This document shows, in pieces, positions 52,150 to 61,259 of a DNA stretch of 64,000 bases. A program made the translations under genes and the position numbers. Source of the DNA: Nitrospirales bacterium (lineage in GTDB: Bacteria; Nitrospirota; Nitrospiria; Nitrospirales; UBA8639). Each line of letters starts with the position of its first letter. The stretch's first letter is position 1. The notes under the pieces are model-generated. The model was given only the letters and a program-made list of their open reading frames with translations, had not been told where the DNA came from and made no database searches. The DNA lies in assembly GCA_965203295.1 (NCBI GenBank), contig CBDBCZ010000019.1, forward strand, positions 1,280,001-1,344,000, read 5' to 3'.

Positions 52150-53181
52150 ATGAAGAAGCGGGTGCAATCCTCAAGGTTTATTCAGCCTTGGGGATTTTTT
52201 ATTTTGTTTCAAATTTTTCGAAAACTCGTTGTATTTCAGGTGGTAGGCCTGGCCATCGTGTTTCTTGCGGCAACCCTAGCTCAAGCCCATGAACCGGCCT
52301 CCAATTCTATGAAACGCCGTCAACAGGGTATTCTCACGGGAATGCCGTTCATGGCCAATTTGGCCCCGCGCACCTTTGTGGATGACGTGGGACGCAAGGT
52401 ATTTTTGGCCAAATCTCCCCAACGCATTATTTCTCTTGCCCCAAGTATCACCGAAATCCTGTATGCGCTTGGAGTCGGTGAATCCGTTGTTGGCGTGACC
52501 GAGTTTTGTGATTATCCCCCTGAAGCGAAGACTAAACCCCATGTTGGAGATTCTCGCCCGAATCTTGAGGCCATTATCGGTCTGAAGCCTGACCTTGTGC
52601 TTGCTATGCAAGTTGTTAGAAATGATGTGCTTGAGACATTGGAGCAACTCAAGATTCCTTTGTTTATCATGGAAGCCCGATCCATCGAGCGTATTTACTC
52701 CCATATTCGAACATTGGGTCGGATGGTTGAACGGACTAAGGAGGCGAATGTATTAGCCACCACCATGCGTCGAGAAGTTCAAGGGGTGGCGGATAAGACC
52801 CGAGAGCTTCCTCGTCCTCGGGTCCTTTATGTGTTGTATAACCAACCCTTTATTACCGTGGGACCAGGGAGCTTTATTCATCAATTGATTGAGCTTGCTG
52901 GAGGAGAGAATATTGCCAGTGATGCGGGTTCAGCCTATCCCAGGTTGAGCATGGAGGTGGTCGTTCAGAAAGATCCAGAAATTCTTGTGTTTCCGGCCAT
53001 GGTCCAAGAAGGTCTATCCGACGCGGAGTTAGTTCGGTGGAAACGATGGCCAACCCTGACTGCGGTGAGAACCGGACATCTTCATCACGTCCCCTGGGCC
53101 CTTCTGAGTCGTCCGGGTCCAAGAATTGGGAAAGGTTTGTTCCACTTGGCCAAGGTGATCCATCCAAACGTATTCGAGTGA
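52150..53181 (+). CDS. btuF: Cobalamin ABC transporter periplasmic binding protein
   Basis: PQRIISLAPSITEILYALG, GVTEFCDYPPEA, RPGPR; riboswitch-controlled. Confidence 0.9.
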   Translation: MKKRVQSSRFIQPWGFFILFQIFRKLVVFQVVGLAIVFLAATLAQAHEPASNSMKRRQQGILTGMPFMANLAPRTFVDDVGRKVFLAKSPQRIISLAPSITEILYALGVGESVVGVTEFCDYPPEAKTKPHVGDSRPNLEAIIGLKPDLVLAMQVVRNDVLETLEQLKIPLFIMEARSIERIYSHIRTLGRMVERTKEANVLATTMRREVQGVADKTRELPRPRVLYVLYNQPFITVGPGSFIHQLIELAGGENIASDAGSAYPRLSMEVVVQKDPEILVFPAMVQEGLSDAELVRWKRWPTLTAVRTGHLHHVPWALLSRPGPRIGKGLFHLAKVIHPNVFE

Positions 53182-53267
53182 CAGGAAGAGCCTCATGAGC
53201 GGGGATGGTTTTTCGTGCTCACCGATCACTTAACGCGGTCCTCTTCTAATTCAATGATCAGAATCTC

Positions 53268-54416
53268 ATGAATGGAAGTCCAGTAAGAGAGAATAGGATC
53301 AGTGTAGGCAACTCCGGTTCGGGGGTAGAGACGGTTGGTCTTCCGGGAAGTGAGTTTCGAGATCTCCCGATGCTCTTTCTTTCAGCGAAGCGCTGGCTCT
53401 TGATCATTTCGGGAGTACTCCTTCTCAGCCTTCTCATCGTACTGGTTTGCCTGACGTTTGGTGCAGAATCAATTGGAATAGGTATCATCATACAAACCCT
53501 CGTTGCGGGAATCCGTGATGGGCAAGCGGGCATGGAATCCGCGGGGGTGCCAGGAATTATTGTATGGCAGGTACGGCTCCCGCGGATTTTATTGGCCTTT
53601 TTGGTCGGTAGTTCATTGGCTGGATTGGGTGTGGCATTACAAGCTCTCCTTCGGAACCCGTTGGCTGATCCCTTTGTGTTGGGGATTTCGAGTGGGGCGG
53701 CGTTTGGTGCCACGCTGGCCATTCTCCTCGGTGTTGGGAGTACCGTTTTGGGGTTGTCTACCCTTCCTCTCTGGGCGTTTGGCGGGGGGCTCCTTTCAAT
53801 CATGGTGGTGTACCGAATTAGTATTTCTTACAGGATGCTATCGGTGCATACCCTCTTGTTGGCTGGAGTCATTCTCAATGCCTTGTTTTCTGCTCTTATC
53901 ATGTTCGTGATTTCGATCGCTGATCCTACTCAAGCCTTTAAGATGATGCTCTGGTTGATGGGGACCCTAACCGTCCCGGAATTCTGGACCTTACTGACCC
54001 TTGTGGTCTATTTGGCCTGTGGCTTTCTGATTTTGTTCTGGTTAGCGCGGCCGTTGAATATCTTAACCCTTGGAGATGAGTCGGCCAGGTCTTTGGGTGT
54101 GGAAGTTGAGCGAATCAAAAGATTGGTATTCGTGACGGCGGCTCTTGTGACAGGAGCCGTGGTCTCTATTGCTGGATTGATTGGGTTTGTCGGTATGGTC
54201 GTACCCCATGCGGTTCGAATGATTGTCAGGGCGGATCATCGTCTTTTACTGCCAGTTTCCGCCTTGGTTGGTGGCGCGTTTTTAACCCTAGCGGATACAG
54301 TCGCCCGAACGGCCTTAGCTCCGACAGAGCTGCCTGTAGGGGTGGTGACTGCACTCATCGGAGGGCCAATTTTTATCTACCTTCTTGTCCGTCGTCGGGC
54401 AGGGGTTCCCTTATGA
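53268..54416 (+). CDS. btuC: Cobalamin ABC transporter permease (FecCD/BtuC family)
   Basis: RLPR, QALLRNPLADP..LGISSGA, IGFVGMVVPH, ELPVG. Confidence 0.9.
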   Translation: MNGSPVRENRISVGNSGSGVETVGLPGSEFRDLPMLFLSAKRWLLIISGVLLLSLLIVLVCLTFGAESIGIGIIIQTLVAGIRDGQAGMESAGVPGIIVWQVRLPRILLAFLVGSSLAGLGVALQALLRNPLADPFVLGISSGAAFGATLAILLGVGSTVLGLSTLPLWAFGGGLLSIMVVYRISISYRMLSVHTLLLAGVILNALFSALIMFVISIADPTQAFKMMLWLMGTLTVPEFWTLLTLVVYLACGFLILFWLARPLNILTLGDESARSLGVEVERIKRLVFVTAALVTGAVVSIAGLIGFVGMVVPHAVRMIVRADHRLLLPVSALVGGAFLTLADTVARTALAPTELPVGVVTALIGGPIFIYLLVRRRAGVPL

Positions 54417-55237
54417 CTATGCCACTAGGCTCAAGTTCGACGTATGCCATCGAATCTCTCACGTTTGCGTATAGCGGGAGTGGTCGAGGGGCACGGAGAT
54501 GGGGATTCGATCACCTGGATTGTGAGATAGAAACGGGTAAAGTTTTGGGCATCATTGGCCCGAATGGGTCAGGTAAAACCACTTTGCTCAAGCTCCTCAT
54601 TAAGATTTTACAACCGCAATCCGGAGTGATCCGGTTGTTTGGTCAAGACGTGCAAGAAATCCCACAAATGAAGATTGCCCGATCGGTGGCCTTTGTCCCC
54701 CAGGAAAGCCAGCAACTTTTTCCCTTCACGATTGGAGAATTTGTGCTGATGGGGCGTTTCCCATACCACAGGCCCTTCGATGGACTGGGGTGGGAGAATC
54801 CCGATGACATCACGCTCGCAAAGCGAGCTATGACGGAAATGGATGTCAACCATCTTGTCGAAAGACAGATATCCGAAGTCTCGGGTGGCGAGCGTCAACG
54901 CGCGCTTTTAGCCCGCGCGCTTGTCCAGGAACCTCAGGTCCTTCTTTTGGATGAACCAACAGCTTTCTTAGATTTAAACCATCAGGTGGATATCGCCAGA
55001 AAACTTCGGCGACTGAACCACGAACATGGGCTTACTGTCGTGATCGTCTCTCACGATTTGAACTTGGCGAGTCAATATTGCGATCAACTTCTATTGTTAC
55101 AAAACGGAACAATCATCCAAAAGGGGACCCCAGAGGAAGTCATTCGACACGAAGTATTAGAAGCTGTGTATGGGTGTTCTGTGATGATCGATCGACATCC
55201 TCAATGCGGAAGGCCTCGGGTTTCATTGCCTTTGTAA
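54413..55237 (+). CDS. btuD: Cobalamin ABC transporter ATP-binding protein
   Basis: GPNGSGKTT, SGGERQR, LLDEPT, SHDLN. Confidence 0.88.
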   Translation: MTMPLGSSSTYAIESLTFAYSGSGRGARRWGFDHLDCEIETGKVLGIIGPNGSGKTTLLKLLIKILQPQSGVIRLFGQDVQEIPQMKIARSVAFVPQESQQLFPFTIGEFVLMGRFPYHRPFDGLGWENPDDITLAKRAMTEMDVNHLVERQISEVSGGERQRALLARALVQEPQVLLLDEPTAFLDLNHQVDIARKLRRLNHEHGLTVVIVSHDLNLASQYCDQLLLLQNGTIIQKGTPEEVIRHEVLEAVYGCSVMIDRHPQCGRPRVSLPL

Positions 55238-55261
55238 GCGATAAGCAAATGGGTTTGGGGC

Positions 55262-55326
55262 AAGAGCTAAAAGGCAGAGAGGGTGCAACGTCATGCACGT
55301 CTCTTTGAGATGAGCCTTTTGCTCTT
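55262..55326 (+). terminator. Long imperfect hairpin after btuD (terminator or processing site candidate)
   Basis: AAGAGC.AAAAGGC / GCCTTTT-GCTCTT outer stem, AGAGA/TCTCT and GTGCA/TGCAC inner stems, followed by ATTTT. Confidence 0.5.
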
Positions 55327-55370
55327 ATTTTCAGTTCATTCTTTAACCATAAGGGGGAAGAGGAAATAAA

Positions 55371-55596
55371 CCGGCAGTGACGGGGAAGATGGTGAGAAAC
55401 CATCACGGCGCCGCCACTGTGAGCGGGGAGTGACTCTGCATGAGTGCCACTGGTTCAGCCTGTGAGGAGTGAGAGGTAAAGAGTTAAGGATTGGAGGAAT
55501 CGTCCTCCACTTCACAACAAACTTCTGAATCTTCATAGATGAACTGGGAAGGCGCAGGGAAACAACGATCCGCAAGTCAGGAGACTCAGCTGCCGG
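55371..55596 (+). ncRNA. Second cobalamin riboswitch upstream of btuB, with enlarged peripheral domain
   Basis: GGGGAA-gatGGTGagaAaCC, gccGCCACTGTg, GCCACTG...GGGAAGG, AGTCAGGAGAC; P1 CCGGCAG/CTGCCGG. Confidence 0.9.
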
Positions 55597-55635
55597 ATCC
55601 TTCCAATATACCTTTCGAGCAAAGGGAGATGGAGC

Positions 55636-57768
55636 ATGTCTGCTACTCTTCGGGTTGTCCTGTTTCTGCAAGTTGTTCTTTCCGGATTTGCTTTTCATGT
55701 GACTCATGTTCAGGCTGAAGAGCCTGATTCAGCCGAGCCAGATAAATCCGTTCATCAGCTAACCGAGTATGTCGTGAGCGATACTCGATTGCCGTTACCA
55801 ACGGATGAAGCGTCGGTCCCATCTCATGTCTCGGCACAAATCACCGTGGTGAAGGAGGAAGATATCAAGAAGCTTGGGGCAAGAACCGCACAGGAAGCGT
55901 TACAGTTTCAACCCGGGGCCAATCTCGTTGATCAGGTCGGGAACGGCTTTGAGCAATCCATTTTTCTTCGTGGGTTTGTCGCAGATGTGAACTCCGTCAC
56001 AGTCGTTGTTGATGGCGTTCGGAGCAATGAACCGGGATTTAACCAGGTCAGGTACGACTTGGCTCCTATTCGTGATGCTGAACGTATTGAAATTCGTCCA
56101 GGCCCTTCCTCGATCTATGGGAAAAATGCGCTGGGCGGTGTGATCAATATCGTGACCAAACGCGGGAAGAAAACGAACGAAGCGAGTCTCGATCTTGGGT
56201 TTGGAAGTTTTCAACGGCGGTTAGTCAGGGGAAACGTCAGTGGCATGGTGGACGAGTTCGACTTTTACGTGAGTGGTGAGATGGAGGATGATAACGGGTT
56301 CCGGCGAGAATCAGACGCTAACCTGAGACGTTTTTTTGCGAAAACGGGATATCGTCCGAGTGATAAAACGGATGTTTTTCTCACATTCATGAGTATGAAT
56401 AATGATTTTGAGCAACCTGGATCGCTCACGCAAGCTGAGATAGATCAAGATCGTAACCAAGCATCACCTCGAAGTTCGACGTTTCAGAAGAATGAATTGA
56501 ACAAGGGAACGATTGATATACGACAACGGCTTTTTAAAAGTTTGTCGATGGCTCTGAATGGATACTACTATTTCCAAGATGATACGAATAATCTTACGTT
56601 TTCTAGTGGGACTTCAGATCGTACCTCTGATATCTACACGGGAGGTGCCACGCTTCAATTGACGCATGAGTCAAAGATTGGAAGAAGCAAGAATACTCTC
56701 ATTACGGGTGGAGAATTTAGACGGAACGATTTTGATGTGACCGCCAAGTCTTTCTTCGTTGGACTTGGTAGTACCCCTACCAATCAAGAAACAGATGAAA
56801 ATATTTATGCGCTTTTTGCGCAAGATTCTTTTGACGTCATTCCAGAGGTCACGATTACAGGGGGGGTGCGAAGTGATTGGGATCGGTATGACTTCACCGA
56901 CTTCATTACTTCGTCAAACAATGGAGCCAAGTCCTTTAATCGTGTCACTCCTCGTGCGGGAATTAACTATCGACCCATTCCTGGCGCTGACGTCTTTTTT
57001 GCATATTCCCAAGGGTTCCGAGTGCCCACCAACGATGAGTTATTTGCATTCGCGCCTTTTGATGCCAATCCTAACCTGAAACCCATCACTTCCAATAATT
57101 ATGAAGTTGGGGGGAGATGGCAGCGTGGATCTGTGCAAGGGAGTCTGTCCCTGTTTCGTGCGGATGTCTCAGATGATATTTTCTTTTTCTGTGCACCTGG
57201 TGATTGCGTCGGAGGACAGAACCGGAATGTCGACGAAACTCGACGGCAAGGTATAGAGGCTTCAGTACAGGCTATACTCAATAGATCGGTTGACGTGTTT
57301 CTCAATTACACGTACACGCAAGCGACCTTTGAAAGTCCATTCTTTACGATTGGCGCTACCTCGAGCAATCCTCAACTTGTTGAACCTGGCGACTCTATTC
57401 CGATGGTTCCTCAGAACCAGGCAGCCTTTGGGGTCAATGTCCATCCTGTCCCTGGTCTTCTGATATCCATCAATGGATTAGCTGTGAGTAGCAGGGTATT
57501 CTTAGGAGACGAAGGGAACACCCAGGATCGATTGCCAGGTTATGTTGTCCTGAATGCTAGGGTAGCGTATGAAAAGCCTATTCGTTCGGAGGTTTTGGGA
57601 CTACCAGGAATGATCGCGGGATTCTTTCAGGTGAATAATTTCCTTGATCATGAGTATAACTTGTCTGGTCGCTACAACCAAGAGTTTCTTGATCCCACCT
57701 TTGTTCTAGCTCCTCCTCTCAGTGTTTTTGGCGGCTTGAGCTTCAAATATGATAGTAGTCTGAGTTAG
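55636..57768 (+). CDS. btuB: TonB-dependent receptor, BtuB-like
   Basis: Signal peptide, plug motifs (LRG, VVVDG, RIEI.PGP.S.IYG.NALGGVINIVTK), beta-barrel; B12 riboswitch upstream. Confidence 0.85.
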   Translation: MSATLRVVLFLQVVLSGFAFHVTHVQAEEPDSAEPDKSVHQLTEYVVSDTRLPLPTDEASVPSHVSAQITVVKEEDIKKLGARTAQEALQFQPGANLVDQVGNGFEQSIFLRGFVADVNSVTVVVDGVRSNEPGFNQVRYDLAPIRDAERIEIRPGPSSIYGKNALGGVINIVTKRGKKTNEASLDLGFGSFQRRLVRGNVSGMVDEFDFYVSGEMEDDNGFRRESDANLRRFFAKTGYRPSDKTDVFLTFMSMNNDFEQPGSLTQAEIDQDRNQASPRSSTFQKNELNKGTIDIRQRLFKSLSMALNGYYYFQDDTNNLTFSSGTSDRTSDIYTGGATLQLTHESKIGRSKNTLITGGEFRRNDFDVTAKSFFVGLGSTPTNQETDENIYALFAQDSFDVIPEVTITGGVRSDWDRYDFTDFITSSNNGAKSFNRVTPRAGINYRPIPGADVFFAYSQGFRVPTNDELFAFAPFDANPNLKPITSNNYEVGGRWQRGSVQGSLSLFRADVSDDIFFFCAPGDCVGGQNRNVDETRRQGIEASVQAILNRSVDVFLNYTYTQATFESPFFTIGATSSNPQLVEPGDSIPMVPQNQAAFGVNVHPVPGLLISINGLAVSSRVFLGDEGNTQDRLPGYVVLNARVAYEKPIRSEVLGLPGMIAGFFQVNNFLDHEYNLSGRYNQEFLDPTFVLAPPLSVFGGLSFKYDSSLS

Positions 57769-57808
57769 ATCTCAAGCAAAAGGCACCTTGAAGGAAGAAA
57801 GGATAGCC

Positions 57809-58390
57809 ATGAGAATTACGAAAGTGTATACACGAACGGGTGATGCTGGAAAGACTCGGCTTGCAGATGGCCAAGAGGTGTGGAAGGATACATTGCGTGT
57901 CGAGGCCTTTGGCACGGTAGATGAACTGAGTTCTGTTATTGGACTCAGTCGAGTCTTTAACAATGACTTGGCGGGGAATCAATCACATGTGAGCAAGTTG
58001 GATAAGGAACTTCGCTGGATTCAGAACAAATTGTTTGATGTTGGAGGAGTCTTAGCAACGACATCAGGTCAGGAATTACCCAATATGCCCAAAGTGACGG
58101 AGAATGACGTGCTTCACCTTGAGCAGCTCATGGATTCCTGTCAGAAGGAACTCGCTCCGCTTGAGGAGTTCCTTTTGCTGGGAGGAGGGAAAGTGTCTGG
58201 ATTTCTTCACCTGGCGAGGACCGTTTGTCGCCGAGCAGAACGTCTCTGTGTTCGTCTAGCCAGAGAGGATGCGGTTGATCCTGTGTTCCTTAGGTTTTTG
58301 AACCGACTGAGCGATGGACTGTTTGTCTTGGCACGGTGGACAGCTAAGAATCAAGGAGAACCGGAATTTTTATGGGAACGACACCCATGA
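57809..58390 (+). CDS. pduO: ATP:cob(I)alamin adenosyltransferase, PduO type
   Basis: VYTRTGDAGKT, VEAFGTVDEL, ARTVCRRAER, LNRLSD.LF.LAR. Confidence 0.94.
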   Translation: MRITKVYTRTGDAGKTRLADGQEVWKDTLRVEAFGTVDELSSVIGLSRVFNNDLAGNQSHVSKLDKELRWIQNKLFDVGGVLATTSGQELPNMPKVTENDVLHLEQLMDSCQKELAPLEEFLLLGGGKVSGFLHLARTVCRRAERLCVRLAREDAVDPVFLRFLNRLSDGLFVLARWTAKNQGEPEFLWERHP

Positions 58391-58821
58391 CAGTGGGGCA
58401 TAGAAAAACTGGTTTCCTGATAGTGTTCATTCTTATGGGCATTGTTCTTGTGGCTTGCTCGGTGAATGAAGAAAATAAACCTTTGGATCCCAAGGCAGAG
58501 GAAGCGTTGAAATTGGTCAAAACCCATCCTGCAAGACAGGCTTCGACGATAGAGCAGGCTTTACACGATATTGTTGAGGAGATGGAGAAAAAGGGACAAC
58601 CAGTACGGATGGGGGAATGGCGTGTCGCTCAAGAAGCGCCTGATGTGTATGTCGTGAGCATGCTTATTCTGGAGAAAGGAGTTTCGGATTGGATTGAGCG
58701 AGACTATGCCTGGCGAGTCGATCTGAGAGACAAGTTTCTCCGAGTTATTACTCTCCCTGCAACCCATGTGATGCCGTTTCATGAGCTTCCCCCGTTGCCC
58801 ATGGACCCTGCAAATTTTTAG
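58387..58821 (+). CDS. Hypothetical lipoprotein
   Basis: Lipobox LVAC; ATGA overlap with the pduO stop. Confidence 0.7.
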   Translation: MTVGHRKTGFLIVFILMGIVLVACSVNEENKPLDPKAEEALKLVKTHPARQASTIEQALHDIVEEMEKKGQPVRMGEWRVAQEAPDVYVVSMLILEKGVSDWIERDYAWRVDLRDKFLRVITLPATHVMPFHELPPLPMDPANF

Positions 58822-59150
58822 GTGAGAGGTTCATCCCATGACAAGGAGATTTGAATGCAATCCTCTTGGATTCGCACGGGATATGATTGAACCTTCCACG
58901 CCTCCACCGGATTTTTCTGACATTCCCCAGTTTTGACATAGAATTTCCATCCATGCCACGGGCACGTAATCATATCTCCTTCCAAAGACCCTTCTCCAAG
59001 AGGTCCGCCGGCATGGGGACAGATATTGTCGAGTGCAAAAATTTCCCCCTCAACGTTAAAAATGGCAATGGTGATATCGCCGTCCAGATCCACTGAGCGA
59101 CAAGCGCCTGGTTCAAGGTCAGAATATTTTGCAGCATTGACCCATTTCAT
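58818..59150 (-). CDS. Rieske [2Fe-2S] ferredoxin
   Basis: CPHAGGPL and CPWHGWKF boxes. Confidence 0.92.
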   Translation of the reverse strand: MKWVNAAKYSDLEPGACRSVDLDGDITIAIFNVEGEIFALDNICPHAGGPLGEGSLEGDMITCPWHGWKFYVKTGECQKNPVEAWKVQSYPVRIQEDCIQISLSWDEPLT

Positions 59151-59237
59151 GAGGCCCAACTCCACATTGTTTTGTTAGCCGATCGGGGAGTCTAGCAGTA
59201 TGGATGATGGCCTTCAAGGAAGCTCCATGCCTCCATA

Positions 59238-59266
59238 TTGATTCCTCGTCAGCAGCATGTTATACA
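59238..59266 (+). promoter_or_regulatory. Probable sigma70 promoter of the HNH gene
   Basis: TTGATT-N17-TATACA with TG extension. Confidence 0.5.
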
Positions 59267-59329
59267 AAGAAGAGCCTATGGGTCTCAGGTATGGTTCTGT
59301 AAAAAAGTATCCCAATCAATGGTTCACGT

Positions 59330-59866
59330 ATGGAAATGACCTTATTGTTAAATGCGACCTATGAACCTCTGCGTGTGGTTCATTGGCAAAAAGCTATTAC
59401 CTTACTATGGCAAGGAAAGGTTGAAGTTCTCGAATTCTACGAACGTGATATCCGAGGAGTGACCATTACGTTCAAGCTTCCCTCCGTGATGCGGCTGTTA
59501 AAGGTGGTGAAATTGCAGTCTTCCCACCGGGTTGTGAAGTTTTCTCGAATTAATATTTTCACGCGTGACAAGTATACATGCCAATATTGCTATAAACGGT
59601 ATCATACCGAAGAATTGACGTTTGATCATGTTCTTCCGATTGCCAGGGGAGGGCGAAAAACCTGGGAAAATATTGTCACGGCATGTTGGCGATGTAACAA
59701 TAAAAAGAGTGGAAGGACTCCGGAACAAGCTGGGATGAAACTCCACAAGAGGCCCGTGAAGCCCAGGTGGACCCCTACCTTGACGGTGACAATTGGTGTT
59801 CGAAATACTCCGGATAGTTGGCGCGATTACATTTATTGGAATATTGCGTTGGATGCCGAAGAGTGA
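59330..59866 (+). CDS. HNH endonuclease (McrA/HNH_5-like)
   Basis: LLLNATYEPL, RD.YTCQYC, TFDHVLP..RGG..TWENIVTAC..CN.KK. Confidence 0.92.
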   Translation: MEMTLLLNATYEPLRVVHWQKAITLLWQGKVEVLEFYERDIRGVTITFKLPSVMRLLKVVKLQSSHRVVKFSRINIFTRDKYTCQYCYKRYHTEELTFDHVLPIARGGRKTWENIVTACWRCNNKKSGRTPEQAGMKLHKRPVKPRWTPTLTVTIGVRNTPDSWRDYIYWNIALDAEE

Positions 59867-60001
59867 GGAGACTCTGCGCCTCGTACGTCACCCTTGCCGG
59901 TGAATGACTTGCCCTTGCTGTAATCTTCAGTTTTCCCACCATTTTTCAAGTCTGGCATTGTTTCTAGATGAAAGCTTTAGTCTGGGAGAGAGGAGCGACA
60001 A

Positions 60002-60655
60002 ATGACTATTAATCCTGGTTTTCAAGTTTCCCTTGATGTTCAGGGGCGTATGTGTGTGGTTATCGGGGGAGATGATGAGGCAGAAGAAAAGATTAACCGT
60101 TTACTCGATGCTGGCGCCAAGGTTGTGGTTGTCAATCCGACCTTCAATCCTTCGATTCGAAAGCTCACGGCTTCGGGAAAAGTCATTCACCGCGGGAGGC
60201 GTTTCCGGTCAACGGACACCCAGGGAGCGTTTCTCATTCTTAATGTGGTTCGTGATGACAACGACCTTTCTCAATCGTTGTTTGAGTTGGCCAAAGTGGA
60301 ACGGTTCTTGGTGTGGTCCATTGATCAGCCTGAGCTTTCCACATTCGTGATGACGGCTCTCGTTTCTCGTGGGCATTTTCGCCTAGCGATTAGCACAAGC
60401 GGGGCTTCTCCCGCATTGGCAAGCCTTTTGCGGCAGCAGAATGAATCCATTTTCGATGACGATTTTTGCAGGTTTTTGGATTGGTTAGGTGACATGCGTC
60501 AAGAATTACAACAAAAGGAGCCACATGAGGGACGGCGCCGCGAACAGCTCAAAGCAGCGGTGGAAGGATTTACGATGACAGGGGCGGTGACGTATCCGGC
60601 TGGATGGCTTGAAGCAAAAAAGACGCAAGACACTCAAGCAGAGAAAGTGGGGTAA
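60002..60655 (+). CDS. Precorrin-2 dehydrogenase/sirohydrochlorin ferrochelatase family (SirC/CysG N-domain/Met8)
   Basis: CVVIGG, LLDAGAKVVVV, DQPELSTF, LAISTSGASPALA. Confidence 0.85.
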   Translation: MTINPGFQVSLDVQGRMCVVIGGDDEAEEKINRLLDAGAKVVVVNPTFNPSIRKLTASGKVIHRGRRFRSTDTQGAFLILNVVRDDNDLSQSLFELAKVERFLVWSIDQPELSTFVMTALVSRGHFRLAISTSGASPALASLLRQQNESIFDDDFCRFLDWLGDMRQELQQKEPHEGRRREQLKAAVEGFTMTGAVTYPAGWLEAKKTQDTQAEKVG

Positions 60656-60658
60656 TTT

Positions 60659-60967
60659 ATGGTCCTCTTGGAGTTTAGTATGTCTCCCCTTGGAAAAGGA
60701 GAAAGTGTCGGGAAATATGTGTCCAGGTCTTTGGAGATTATTGATCGCAGTGGTGTGAATTATCGCCTCAACCCTATGGGAACCGTATTAGAAGGGGAGT
60801 GGGATGAGGTTTTTGACGTCGTGAAGAAGTGTTACAAGCGGATGAGTAAAGATTGTAAACGCATTTCTTGTGTGATGAAGGTCGATTACCGCCGCGGTCA
60901 TAAAGGGCGGCTGAGCGGGAAAGTGGCAAGCGTTGAAAAACGGTTGAAGCGGACGTTAAAGACCTAA
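60659..60967 (+). CDS. MTH1187/YkoF-family thiamine-binding protein
   Basis: EFSMSP...GESV..YV, YRLNPMGTVLEGEWDEV, K.D.R, KVASV. Confidence 0.88.
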   Translation: MVLLEFSMSPLGKGESVGKYVSRSLEIIDRSGVNYRLNPMGTVLEGEWDEVFDVVKKCYKRMSKDCKRISCVMKVDYRRGHKGRLSGKVASVEKRLKRTLKT

Positions 60968-61054
60968 AGCTCGAGTCCTCAGTGACAAAAAAATCGGTTT
61001 TGGTTTTTTAGACAGTATCGATAGGGGAATTTAAAGTTTCGAGTTTAAAGAACA

Positions 61055-61259
61055 GTTTCGCTTTGCCGGGTTTCGCCCCGGCAGTCGAGGTCATTTTGTT
61101 TCGGCAAAAGGACCCAAAACAATTCCCGCCTGCGCGTGGCCCTGAGGGTCTCCTTCATCCCAACACCAAATCACATGGCTGCGGAACTCGCTCCGCTCAG
61201 ACAGTCCTCGCCAAATTGTCGGATTTGGTGTTGAGACTCAGCCACGCACAAAGCGGAAC
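61055..61259. repeat. Highly structured 205-bp palindromic element (MITE/REP-like or ncRNA) between convergent genes
   Basis: Terminal IR GTTTCGCTTTG/CAAAGCGGAAC plus internal stems TGCCGGG/CCCGGCA, GGTC.TTTTG/CAAAA.GACC, GCGTGGC/GCCACGC, CAACACCAAATC/GATTTGGTGTTG. Confidence 0.75.

Noticed and set aside
59330..59866. HNH protein as IscB/Cas9-like RNA-guided nuclease
   Set aside because: Only 178 aa, with no RuvC motifs or PLMP N-terminus, and no adjacent structured RNA or IS ends recognised.
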